Positions 31,059 through 39,417 of a stretch of 64,000 nucleotides of DNA are shown one piece after another. The DNA is from Spirochaetia bacterium (GTDB lineage: Bacteria > Spirochaetota > Spirochaetia > SZUA-6 > Bin103). The position numbers and the translations under genes were made by a program. Below the pieces are notes generated by a model. It did no database searches and was not told where the DNA came from. It worked only from the letters and a program-made list of their open reading frames with translations. Numbering within the stretch: the stretch's first letter is position 1; every line of letters begins with the position of its first letter. Where the stretch lies: positions 96,001-160,000 of the forward strand of contig OZ241863.1 in assembly GCA_965203055.1 (NCBI GenBank). Reading direction: 5' to 3'.

Positions 31059-31652
31059 ACGGTCTGAGGGCGGGCAGGCGCCGGTGGCCTGCAGTTGGCG
31101 TCGAGGGTAGTCGCTAGAGCTCAGCTCGCTGGGGGTGCGCCCGACTGCGGGCATGACGGCGCGGCGGAGGGCGGGGAGCAGCGCCTGCAGGTAGCGGGCC
31201 ACCGTGCGGTGGTCGGCCAGCACCCGGCCCACGCCGTCGTCGATGAGGGCGCGCACGGGGAGCGGCGCCGCGGCCGGTACTTCGTGCCGGTCGAGCACGC
31301 GCGGCGCGCCGTGCGGGGTGACCAGCACGTCCACCCACAGGTCGCGCCAGGCGAAGCGGCCGGCGGCCAGCGTCACTTGGTCGCAGATGTTGAAGTAGAG
31401 CGCGCGCGGAGCGGTCAAACCGGGCGCCATCCAGGCGTACAGGTTGTAGGGGCGGTCCTCCCAGAACAGGCCGAAGGTTACCGTGCCGCGCGGCAGATGG
31501 ATGCCGCCCGGATCGTAGGCGCGGTCGCTGACGAAGTGCAGAACGCCGTGGCCCGGGCGCAGCAGCAGCAGGCGGGCGCGGAACCGGTTGCGGCGCCCGT
31601 CGGGGTAGCGCTTCTCCTCGTAGCACCAGCGCGGGTAGCCGCGGCCGGTCAC
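30789..31652 (-). CDS. DUF402 (FomD-like) protein; 3' end reads antisense into higA
   Basis: FWEDRPYNLY, YFNICD, WRDLWVDVLV, VLDRHE; GTGA-coupled to atl. The first in-frame stop is at 30789. Confidence 0.6.
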   Translation of the reverse strand: MTGRGYPRWCYEEKRYPDGRRNRFRARLLLLRPGHGVLHFVSDRAYDPGGIHLPRGTVTFGLFWEDRPYNLYAWMAPGLTAPRALYFNICDQVTLAAGRFAWRDLWVDVLVTPHGAPRVLDRHEVPAAAPLPVRALIDDGVGRVLADHRTVARYLQALLPALRRAVMPAVGRTPSELSSSDYPRRQLQATGACPPSDRLCNAELSADLTGADELGQQPIVPALVPDPAGNRGRMNLQALGQAHDRQRCRLIPHRARFPDRARDERLRGPFVRLRLAPVFGCPIRLAQ

Positions 31653-32005
31653 GGGCGCCATTGGCTGGCGGCCAGATCGAGGCGCCCCGCGCCGTCGACC
31701 GCAACCCCTTCGGCCAGCAGCAACGCGCGTTGCCGTTCCAGCCCGTTGCCCGGCGGCAGGCGAATGACGCCGCCGGCGCCGATCACGCGATGCCAGGGCA
31801 GCGCGCGGCCGGCGTAGACCCGCAACGCCCAGGCCACTTGGCGCGCCGCCCGCGGATTCCCGGCCTGCGCCGCTACCTGACCGTAGGTGGCAACCCGCCC
31901 GCACGGGATCGCCGCCACCACCCCGGCGATGCGCTGCAGCAGACCTTCCGCCGCCGCAGGCGCGGAGCGGCTCGGCGCGCCGGCGCCGGCAACGTGCGCC
32001 GCCAC
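31649..32005 (-). CDS. Alkyltransferase-like protein (Atl/YbaZ, MGMT family)
   Basis: IPCGRVATYGQVA, ARQV, and PWHRV (Trp in place of the catalytic Cys). Confidence 0.88.
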   Translation of the reverse strand: MAAHVAGAGAPSRSAPAAAEGLLQRIAGVVAAIPCGRVATYGQVAAQAGNPRAARQVAWALRVYAGRALPWHRVIGAGGVIRLPPGNGLERQRALLLAEGVAVDGAGRLDLAASQWRP

Positions 32006-32008
32006 GGG

Positions 32009-32821
32009 TCAGCGGTCGACCGGATCCTTGAGGCGAACCATGATGCGTTGCCGGAGGCGGTCCCGCTTCACCTCGAAGGCGTCGTTGCGCGCGGCGATGA
32101 TCTTGACCAGCTTGGAGGAGCCGTAGGTGCGCGGGTCGAACGCCGGGTCCAGCTTCTTGAGGTTGTTGGCGATCTTGCGCAGGTCGACCCACGCCGACTC
32201 CTGATCCACCATCTCATGGGCCTCGGTGACGATGGAGATCAGGTCGGCGTCGACGCTGGCATCCTCGATCCCCATACTGCCGTTCGGACCCGGATCGCCG
32301 GCCGCCGGCTCGGGAGTCGCGCCGGCCGGGTTGTCGCGCCGCCGCGGCCGCCGGCGCCGGTCGCCCTCGTAGCTCTTCATGATGTTCTCGACGTAGCGAA
32401 ACTCGTTGCAGGCGTTGACGAACGGCTTCGGGGTATGGTGCTTGCCGATCCCGACCACCTCCATTCCCGCCTCCCGCAGACGAATCGCCAGCTTGGTATA
32501 GTCGCTGTCGCTGGAGACGATCACGAATCCGCCGACGTGATCGCTGTAGAGGATATCCATGGCGTCGATGATCATCGCCGAGTCGGTGGCGTTCTTGCCG
32601 ACCGTGTTGCGGAACTGCTGGATCGGCTGAATGGCGTGTACCGGGAGCTTCTTCTTCCACGAGTCGAGCTGCGGCGTGGTCCAGTCGCCGTAGATCCGGC
32701 GAATGGTGACCACACCGAACTTCACGACTTCCTTCATGACGTGTTCGATTTGCGAAGCCTGCGCGTTGTCGCCGTCGATCAGGACGGCCAGACGGCGCTC
32801 GGCGCTAATGGTTGGACTCAT
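32009..32821 (-). CDS. NYN domain RNase with C-terminal OST-HTH/LOTUS
   Basis: LAVLIDGDN, RRIYGDW, GKNATD, IVSSDSDY; FDPRTYG..KL LOTUS signature. Confidence 0.9.
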   Translation of the reverse strand: MSPTISAERRLAVLIDGDNAQASQIEHVMKEVVKFGVVTIRRIYGDWTTPQLDSWKKKLPVHAIQPIQQFRNTVGKNATDSAMIIDAMDILYSDHVGGFVIVSSDSDYTKLAIRLREAGMEVVGIGKHHTPKPFVNACNEFRYVENIMKSYEGDRRRRPRRRDNPAGATPEPAAGDPGPNGSMGIEDASVDADLISIVTEAHEMVDQESAWVDLRKIANNLKKLDPAFDPRTYGSSKLVKIIAARNDAFEVKRDRLRQRIMVRLKDPVDR

Positions 32822-33452
32822 ATGAGGTTCCTCGAGGTGTTGGTATTGGTATGTGGTGACCGGCGGCCGGGCGCGCAGCCGCGGTCAGCTCGGCGAAGCG
32901 GAAGCAGTCGATCAGGTGGTCGTTGACCACTCCCACCGCCTGCAGATGGGAGTACACGATGATGGGTCCCACGAAGCGAAAGCCGCGCGCTCGCAGGTCT
33001 CGGCTCACCCGCCGCGACAGTTCGGTTGCGGCCGGAACGTCGCCGGCGGCGCGCCACCCGCCCACCACGGGTTGGCCGTCGACGAAGCGCCACAGATAGG
33101 AGCAGAAGCTGCCGAACTGCTCCTGCACGGCGAGAAAGGCGCGCGCGTTGTCGATCGACGCCGCCACTTTCAGCCGGTTGCGCACGATGGCCGGGTTGGC
33201 GAGCAGCGCCGCCTGCTCGGCCGCGCCGTAACGCGCCACCCTGGCTACCTCGAAATCCTGGTAGGCGCGCCGATATCCGGCGCGCTTATGCAGGATGGTG
33301 CGCCAACTCAACCCCGCCTGCGCCCCTTCCAGCACCAGAAACTCGAACTGCAGGCGGTCGTCCTCCCACACCGGCGTACCCCATTCGGCGTCGTGGTAGG
33401 CGCGCATCGACTCGTCTCCGGCGCACCAGTCGCAACGGCGGCGCCCGCCCAT
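32805..33452 (-). CDS. tag: DNA-3-methyladenine glycosylase I
   Basis: RCDW, YHDAEWG, LEGAQAGLSW, IVRNRLK, NDHLIDC. Confidence 0.95.
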   Translation of the reverse strand: MGGRRRCDWCAGDESMRAYHDAEWGTPVWEDDRLQFEFLVLEGAQAGLSWRTILHKRAGYRRAYQDFEVARVARYGAAEQAALLANPAIVRNRLKVAASIDNARAFLAVQEQFGSFCSYLWRFVDGQPVVGGWRAAGDVPAATELSRRVSRDLRARGFRFVGPIIVYSHLQAVGVVNDHLIDCFRFAELTAAARPAAGHHIPIPTPRGTSYESNH

Positions 33453-34225
33453 CAGCCGGCGCCCCCCTCACGGTCGCCGGCCGCGGCATGGCGGTTGATC
33501 AGCTCCGTGTTCACCGTACCCGCGGCGCGATCGATGAACGCCGCCAGCGCGGCCACGCGGTGGTCGCGATCGAGCAGGTCCCACAGTTCCCGCACCGCCT
33601 GCCGCGGGGTGGCGCCGAGCGGCAGGAGAAACGGCTCGCCGGCGAACGGCGGCAGCGGCGCGCCGTCGCCCTCGTAGGTAGTGATGCAGTGCCCCCAACC
33701 GGGACGCGGGCTGCGGTAGGTGAAGTGCTGGAAGCTCACCTGCCGCGGGTCGCCGGCGACGGTCTTGATGATGGCCAGTTGATAGCCCCCGCGGCCGCCG
33801 GCGGCAACCACGCCCGCAATGCGCGGCGTGTAGTGGGGCGGGTCCGGCTCCACGTCCCGGCGCGCGAAGGCGGCGGCGAAGGAGTCGCCGGCCGTCATCC
33901 CGGCGGCGATGGTCTCCGTATGGTCGCCGTTGCCGACCACGTGCGCGGCGCGGCCGGCCTGCGCGGTACGGGCGACCGCAGTCGCCCGATACAGAATGAG
34001 GCTGTCGCCGCCGTCCTGCGGCGCCGCGCCGGCCGCCGCCACGACCCGCACCGCGCCGCCGCGGTCCCGGACGAAGCGCCGGTTCCGGCTGCGGTCGCTG
34101 CGCCCCATGATCCAATATAGCTGCACGCCGGCGGCCCCGTCCGCGCTGCAGCCGACCACGAGGCCGCGCCCGGGATAGGCGGTCCGCGCCAGCCAGGCGC
34201 GGTCTTTGCCTACCCCGGCTAGCAT
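33452..34225 (-). CDS. IMP cyclohydrolase-like protein (PurO-like Ntn fold)
   Basis: YPGRGLVVG, YWIMGRS.RSRNR, GNGDHT, EPDPPHYTPRI, HCITTY. Confidence 0.8.
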   Translation of the reverse strand: MLAGVGKDRAWLARTAYPGRGLVVGCSADGAAGVQLYWIMGRSDRSRNRRFVRDRGGAVRVVAAAGAAPQDGGDSLILYRATAVARTAQAGRAAHVVGNGDHTETIAAGMTAGDSFAAAFARRDVEPDPPHYTPRIAGVVAAGGRGGYQLAIIKTVAGDPRQVSFQHFTYRSPRPGWGHCITTYEGDGAPLPPFAGEPFLLPLGATPRQAVRELWDLLDRDHRVAALAAFIDRAAGTVNTELINRHAAAGDREGGAG

Positions 34226-34299
34226 GGCGCACTCGCCCGCGGGCGCGGGCGCCAGCGGCCCGCCTTTACATGGGATTGGGGAGCGGTTACCGTCGCGCC

Positions 34300-35676
34300 G
34301 TGAGCGAGCACGGCGCCTTCGAGGCGGCCGCCGAACGCCTGCTGAGCCTGACCGACCTGCGCCGCGGCAGCGCTCAGGGCGACCGCCGGCGCTACCGCGC
34401 GCCGCGCATGCGCGCCTTGCTGGAACGGTTGGGGAACCCTCACCTGGCGGTTCCCACCATCCACGTCGCCGGCACCAACGGCAAGGGCACCACCGCGGCA
34501 ATGCTCGCCTCGATTCTGAGCAGCGCGGGCCTGCGCGCCGGCCTGTTCACCTCGCCCCATCTTCACTCCCTGGTGGAACGCATCCGGGTAGGCATGAGTC
34601 CCATCAGCCGCGCGCAGTTCGCCGCCCGGTTCGCCCAGGTCTGGCCCGCGGCGCAAGCGGTCGCCCGCTACTCCGGGTTGCCCGGCCCGGCGGCCCAGGT
34701 CACTACGCTCGAACTGTTGACGGCGATGGGGTTGCATCACTTCCGTGAGGTAGGGGCGGCGTACCAAGTCATCGAGGCGTTCGTCGGCGGCCGCGACGAC
34801 ACTACCAATATAGTGCAGCCGGTACTGTCCGTAATCACCAACATCAGCCGCGATCACGTCCCGGCGCTCGGCCGCACGCTGGTCGATATCGCCCGCGCCA
34901 AGGCCGGCATCATCAAACCGGGGGCGGCGGTCGTGGCGGCGCCGCAACTTCCCTCCGTGCAGGCCGAGCTGGAACGCGCGGCGCACCGCCGGGGGGCGGC
35001 GCTGGAGGCGGTTGCGAGCGTGCCGGCGCCGCCCGCCGCCAACCCGTTGGCGCAGTCGCAGCAGCACCTGCGCTGGCGGGGGCGCCATGGCGAGTACCGC
35101 GTGGCGCTGCCGTTGCGCGGTGCGGTACAGCGCGAAAACGCTGCCGTAGCCATTACCGCCGCGGAACGGTTGATCGATCTCGGCGCGCCACTGACCAGTG
35201 CGGACATCCGGCGCGGGCTGGAACGGGTCACCTGGCCGGCACGGTTCGAACTGCTGCAGCGGCAGCCGGTGCCGGTAGTGGCCGACGGCGCCCACTGCCC
35301 GCACGCCATGGCGCGGCTGGTGGCCGAGCTGCGGCTGGTGCGGCCGCGGCCGCGGCTGCACGCGCTGGTCGGCGGCCAGCAGGGTCACGACGCCGGCGCA
35401 ACGCTGCGCCTCCTGCACCCGCTCGCGGACTCGGTCACCGCGGTCCGCTCGCGCCACCCGCGCGCCCTGCCGGCCGCCGAGCTGGCGGCCGCGCTGCAGG
35501 CGGCAGGCATCGCCGCGCGGGCCAGCGAACTCCCGGTAGCGGACACCCTGCGGGAGTTGCTGGCCGCGGCCGCCGGCACCGACCTGGTGCTTGCCACCGG
35601 CTCACTGGCGGTCGCCGCGGAAGCGCGTGAGGCGCTCTTCCCGGCGATCGCCGCCGATCGCTATCCCGCGGCCTGA
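34300..35676 (+). CDS. folC: Folylpolyglutamate synthase/dihydrofolate synthase
   Basis: IHVAGTNGKGTT, FTSPHL, GGRDDTTN, KAGIIK, WPARFE, DGAH. Alternative start at 34270. Confidence 0.9.
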   Translation: MSEHGAFEAAAERLLSLTDLRRGSAQGDRRRYRAPRMRALLERLGNPHLAVPTIHVAGTNGKGTTAAMLASILSSAGLRAGLFTSPHLHSLVERIRVGMSPISRAQFAARFAQVWPAAQAVARYSGLPGPAAQVTTLELLTAMGLHHFREVGAAYQVIEAFVGGRDDTTNIVQPVLSVITNISRDHVPALGRTLVDIARAKAGIIKPGAAVVAAPQLPSVQAELERAAHRRGAALEAVASVPAPPAANPLAQSQQHLRWRGRHGEYRVALPLRGAVQRENAAVAITAAERLIDLGAPLTSADIRRGLERVTWPARFELLQRQPVPVVADGAHCPHAMARLVAELRLVRPRPRLHALVGGQQGHDAGATLRLLHPLADSVTAVRSRHPRALPAAELAAALQAAGIAARASELPVADTLRELLAAAAGTDLVLATGSLAVAAEAREALFPAIAADRYPAA

Positions 35677-35702
35677 AGGAACCTGGCGCCCGGCAGTCCG
35701 GC

Positions 35703-35882
35703 TCAGATTATGTCGGTGTCACGCACCGTCTTGCGCTTCGCCTTGCGGGCGTTCTCCACGGCCTCGTCACACACCTTGCGTACTTTCTCCGACAGCGCCT
35801 CGGCCACCGAGGCCGCCGTGTTCATTCCCGCGTCTTTGATGTAGCTCTTGACCTTGGAAGTAACTATCAAGATTTCTGCCAT
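35703..35882 (-). CDS. Bacterial histone-fold protein (Bd0055/HBb-like), 59 aa
   Basis: MAEILIVTSKVKSYIK.AGMNT...ALSEKVRKVCDEAVENARKAKRKTVRDTDI, with the RKTV..xD histone-fold signature; AAGGAG RBS. Confidence 0.88.
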   Translation of the reverse strand: MAEILIVTSKVKSYIKDAGMNTAASVAEALSEKVRKVCDEAVENARKAKRKTVRDTDII

Positions 35883-36012
35883 GCTGTGAGCTCCTTGTGC
35901 TGGATGGATAGTGTCAGGAACCGACGCGCGAACCATACCCGAAAGGCAAGGCGCGCGTCACCGGTCCTGCTGCGCTTGTTGCGCTTTGCGCGGGCGTGCT
36001 TGCCAAGCCAAC

Positions 36013-36840
36013 TCACGCTCCCGGCACGCGGCCCAAGCGCGCCCCGCAGCGCCGGCAGAAGGCGGCATCCAGCTCGTGGCCCCGGCGGCCGCAGGCCGGA
36101 CAGCGCCGGCGGTTGCGGGCATGGATGGTCTCGGACACCACCTCGGCGGTGACCAGTCCGGTGGGTACGGCGATGATACCGTAGCCCATGATCATGATCA
36201 CCGCGGCGATGCTCTGGCCCAGCCCGGTGCGCGGCGTGACATTCCCGTAGCCCACCGTAGTGAGGGTCACGATGGTCCAATACATGCTTTGCGGGATGCT
36301 GGTAAAGCCGTTCTCCTCGCCCTCGACCACGTAGATCAGCGAGCCCAGGATCACCGCAATGATCAACACGCTGAACAGGAACACCGTGATCTTGCGCCGA
36401 CTGGCGCGCAGCGCGCCCAGGATCACCGCGGCTTCCGCCATGTAGGGAACCAGCTTCAGAACCCGAAACACGCGCAGCACGCGCAGGAGCCGCAACACTG
36501 CCAGGTAATGGGTTCCGGGCAGCACCAGTGCGAGGAACGCCGGCAGCACCGCCAGCAGGTCGATGATCCCGAAGAAGCTCGCCGCATAGCGCTGCGGCTG
36601 GCGAACCGCGGTCAGACGCAGCAGATATTCGACCAGGAACACGCCGGTGAACACCCACTCGGCCGCTCGCAAAGCCGAAATCCAGTTCGCGGTTGCGGCG
36701 GAACTCTCGGCCAGCACCACCGCGACGCTGGCGATGATGACGGCAATCAGGACCACGTCGAAGGTGCGGCCGGCGCGGGTATCGGACAGGAAGATGATGG
36801 TATGCAGCCGTTCGCGCCAGTCGGGGAACGATTGCTTCAT
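36013..36840 (-). CDS. Voltage-gated potassium channel (6TM) with C-terminal Zn ribbon
   Basis: S4 RLLRVLRVFRVLK, selectivity filter TTVGYG, CPACG...FCRRCG. Confidence 0.92.
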   Translation of the reverse strand: MKQSFPDWRERLHTIIFLSDTRAGRTFDVVLIAVIIASVAVVLAESSAATANWISALRAAEWVFTGVFLVEYLLRLTAVRQPQRYAASFFGIIDLLAVLPAFLALVLPGTHYLAVLRLLRVLRVFRVLKLVPYMAEAAVILGALRASRRKITVFLFSVLIIAVILGSLIYVVEGEENGFTSIPQSMYWTIVTLTTVGYGNVTPRTGLGQSIAAVIMIMGYGIIAVPTGLVTAEVVSETIHARNRRRCPACGRRGHELDAAFCRRCGARLGRVPGA

Positions 36841-36938
36841 CGCGCTGCCGCCGCGTGCCGATTCGCCGCCGCGCGCCGGCGGAGGCGCGCGAGGACGACG
36901 GTTGTGTGGCAGTCAGGGTCGAGGGTGCGCAGGAGGCG

Positions 36939-38396
36939 TCAGGCCGTGGCGCGCTGCGCCGCCGGCAGCTCGAGGAAGCCATCCTCGATCTGACCTCCCA
37001 GGCTGCGGAGCTTGGTCAATACCGCCTGGTAGCCGCGTTCGATGTTGCCGACTTCGGTAAGCGTGCTCTCCCCGTCCGCCACCAGCGCGGCCAGCAGATA
37101 GGCGAAGCCGGCGCGCAGATCGGGCACTTCCAGCTCGCACGCCTGCAGCGAGGTCGGGCCTGAAATCAGCGCGCTGTGCTCGCAGCCGCGGTTGTGGAAG
37201 CGGCACCGCCGGGGGCCGAGGCACGCGGTGTGCAGCTCGATCGCGGCACCCATCTCGCCAAGTGCGGCGACGTAGCCGAGGCGGTGTTCGTAGACGGTCT
37301 CATGGACGGTGGAGACGCCGTCCGCCTGGGTCAGCAGGACCACCAGCGGCGGTTGCCAGTCGGTCATGAACCCAGGATGCGGGGCGGTCTCCATCAGCAC
37401 CGGGCGCGGCGTGCGCGGACCGCGGAAGCGGATGCCGCCGGGCTCCACGTCGCAGCAGCCGCCGGCGGCGCGCAGCGTGGTCAGGAAGGCGCTCAGGTGC
37501 GCGGGCTCCGCGCCGTGCACGAATACGTCGCCGCGCGTGGCGACCGCCGCGGCGGCGTAGGAGGCGGCCTCCAGCCGGTCGCCGATGACCCGGTGACGGG
37601 CGCCGTGGAAGCGCGCTACCCCATCGATCACCCAGGTACGCCCGCGCCGGCGCCGGATGCGCGCGCCCAGCGCCCGCAAGAAGCCGACCAGGTTGCAGAT
37701 CTCCGGCTCGATGGCCGCGTTGCGGATTATCGTTTGCCCGTCGGCGCCGGCTGCCGCCAACAGGAGCTGCTCGGTGGCGCCGACGCTCGGGTAGTCCAGG
37801 CGGATGGCGGCGCCGCGCAGCGCGCTGCAGCGCACGCGGGTAATGCCGTCGTCCCGTTCGATCTCGGCACCCAGGCTGCGCAGCCCCGCGAGGTGGTAGT
37901 CGATCGGCCGGCGGCCGATGGCGTCGCCGCCGATCGACGCGATCTGGGCGCGCCCGAGACGCCGCAACAGCACTGCCAGGAAGATCACGCAGCAGCGATG
38001 CTCCGGGCTCACGTCCGCAGGAATGCGCCAATCGGTGATCGTGGACGGGTCTATCTCCAGGGTGGCTTCGCCAAGCCAGCGCCAGCGCACGCCGAGGGCG
38101 GAACAGATGCGCAGCGTCAACTCCACCTCGCCGATACGCGGCACGTTGTCCAGCACGCTCGGCTCCTCCGCCAGCAATGCGGCAATGATCAGCTTGGGGG
38201 CCGCGTTCTTCGCGCCGGCGACGTGGATCTCGCCGCGCAGCGGACGCCCGCCGCTGACGCTGTAGAAGCGCTCCCCCCGCGCCGGCGGCGCGGGCACGGC
38301 GCGCCCGGCAATGGCGACGTGGCGGCGCTCGGGCAACGCCGGCCCAGCCACCGCGGCAACGGGTTCGCCCGGATCAGAGTAACGGTATGCGCGCAC
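36939..38396 (-). CDS. murA: UDP-N-acetylglucosamine 1-carboxyvinyltransferase (Asp at the Cys115 position)
   Basis: GAKNAA, GGDAIGRRPID, PSVGATE, NAAIEPE, PGFMTDWQ, DLRAG, IERGY. Start uncertain. Confidence 0.9.
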   Translation of the reverse strand: MRAYRYSDPGEPVAAVAGPALPERRHVAIAGRAVPAPPARGERFYSVSGGRPLRGEIHVAGAKNAAPKLIIAALLAEEPSVLDNVPRIGEVELTLRICSALGVRWRWLGEATLEIDPSTITDWRIPADVSPEHRCCVIFLAVLLRRLGRAQIASIGGDAIGRRPIDYHLAGLRSLGAEIERDDGITRVRCSALRGAAIRLDYPSVGATEQLLLAAAGADGQTIIRNAAIEPEICNLVGFLRALGARIRRRRGRTWVIDGVARFHGARHRVIGDRLEAASYAAAAVATRGDVFVHGAEPAHLSAFLTTLRAAGGCCDVEPGGIRFRGPRTPRPVLMETAPHPGFMTDWQPPLVVLLTQADGVSTVHETVYEHRLGYVAALGEMGAAIELHTACLGPRRCRFHNRGCEHSALISGPTSLQACELEVPDLRAGFAYLLAALVADGESTLTEVGNIERGYQAVLTKLRSLGGQIEDGFLELPAAQRATA

Positions 38397-38485
38397 GGCC
38401 CCTCCCCAGCGCTAAAGCTCTCTAGCCGCTTTCTCTAATGTTCGGCTGAGGAGGGTGGCGGGCTAAGCGAAATGGCGGGGACGGG

Positions 38486-38737
38486 TCAGGATTGCCGGAT
38501 GCCGTAGCGGCGGCGGAACTTCTCGATCCGGCCGGCGCTGTCCACCAGGGTCTGCTTGCCGGTGTAGAACGGGTGCGAGGCGCTCGATATTTCGATGTTG
38601 ATCAACGGGTACTCGTTGCCGTCCTGCCACGTGATCCGTTCTCTCGAGGAACAGGTGGACCGGCTCAGGAAGGCAAAATCGGAGGAGGTGTCCTTGAACA
38701 CCACGAACCCGTACTTCGGATGGATCTCATTCTGCAT
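38486..38737 (-). CDS. rpmE: 50S ribosomal protein L31 type B
   Basis: [31 protein letters not shown]; no CxxC zinc ligands. Confidence 0.95.
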   Translation of the reverse strand: MQNEIHPKYGFVVFKDTSSDFAFLSRSTCSSRERITWQDGNEYPLINIEISSASHPFYTGKQTLVDSAGRIEKFRRRYGIRQS

Positions 38738-38773
38738 GGGCGAAGCCTCTCTCAGGGTGCGCCGGAGGCCGCG

Positions 38774-39235
38774 CTAACCGCTCTCCGGCTGCCGCATAGT
38801 ATACCAAACGCCGCGCCCGAGGGACAGCTTCTTGGTATTCGGGATCTCGGGGGTGGTGCCCTTGCGGTACCCCCAGAACCGCTCGATCACTTCTTCCGAG
38901 AAGTCGATCTGAGTCATCTGCTGCAGCTCTTCGATCTGTTCCCACGACGCCTTCCTGGACTTCTGCTGCGCAGGAGTCATCTCGCGGATTTCTTCCTCGT
39001 ACTGCTCGATCAGGGAATCGATCATCTCCGCCAGCTCCTCCTTGCCGACGCGCGGCGCCTCGGGAGCCACCGCGGCGGTCGCGGCCGGGCTCCCCGCCGG
39101 CTCCGGGGCGTCGGCCGCCGCCTCCTCCGGGGCCGGCTCCGGGGCGGCCTCCGGCGGCGGGTCCGGCTTGCGGCGGAAGGTGCGGTAGAGGACGTAGACG
39201 GCGACTACGACGCCGGCCAGGAGCGCCCAGGTCAC
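38774..39235 (-). CDS. Hypothetical membrane-anchored protein
   Basis: N-terminal TM helix, PEPAPEEAA linker, acidic helical C-terminal domain; coding-like composition. Confidence 0.6.
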   Translation of the reverse strand: MTWALLAGVVVAVYVLYRTFRRKPDPPPEAAPEPAPEEAAADAPEPAGSPAATAAVAPEAPRVGKEELAEMIDSLIEQYEEEIREMTPAQQKSRKASWEQIEELQQMTQIDFSEEVIERFWGYRKGTTPEIPNTKKLSLGRGVWYTMRQPESG

Positions 39236-39417
39236 CGGCGGGCGCCCCGCGCGGCGGCGGCTTGCGGGGGCGGGCGCCGTCCGGCCCCCGCGTCAACCTC
39301 GTGATTCGTACGTGCAGGCATGTTCGGCCTCAGCATAGGAGGTTGTGGCACTGCCGACAACCTCCCGGCAGTGAGCGGCGTCGACGCGGCCGGGAGAATA
39401 GCGGTACTGTGGCCTCG

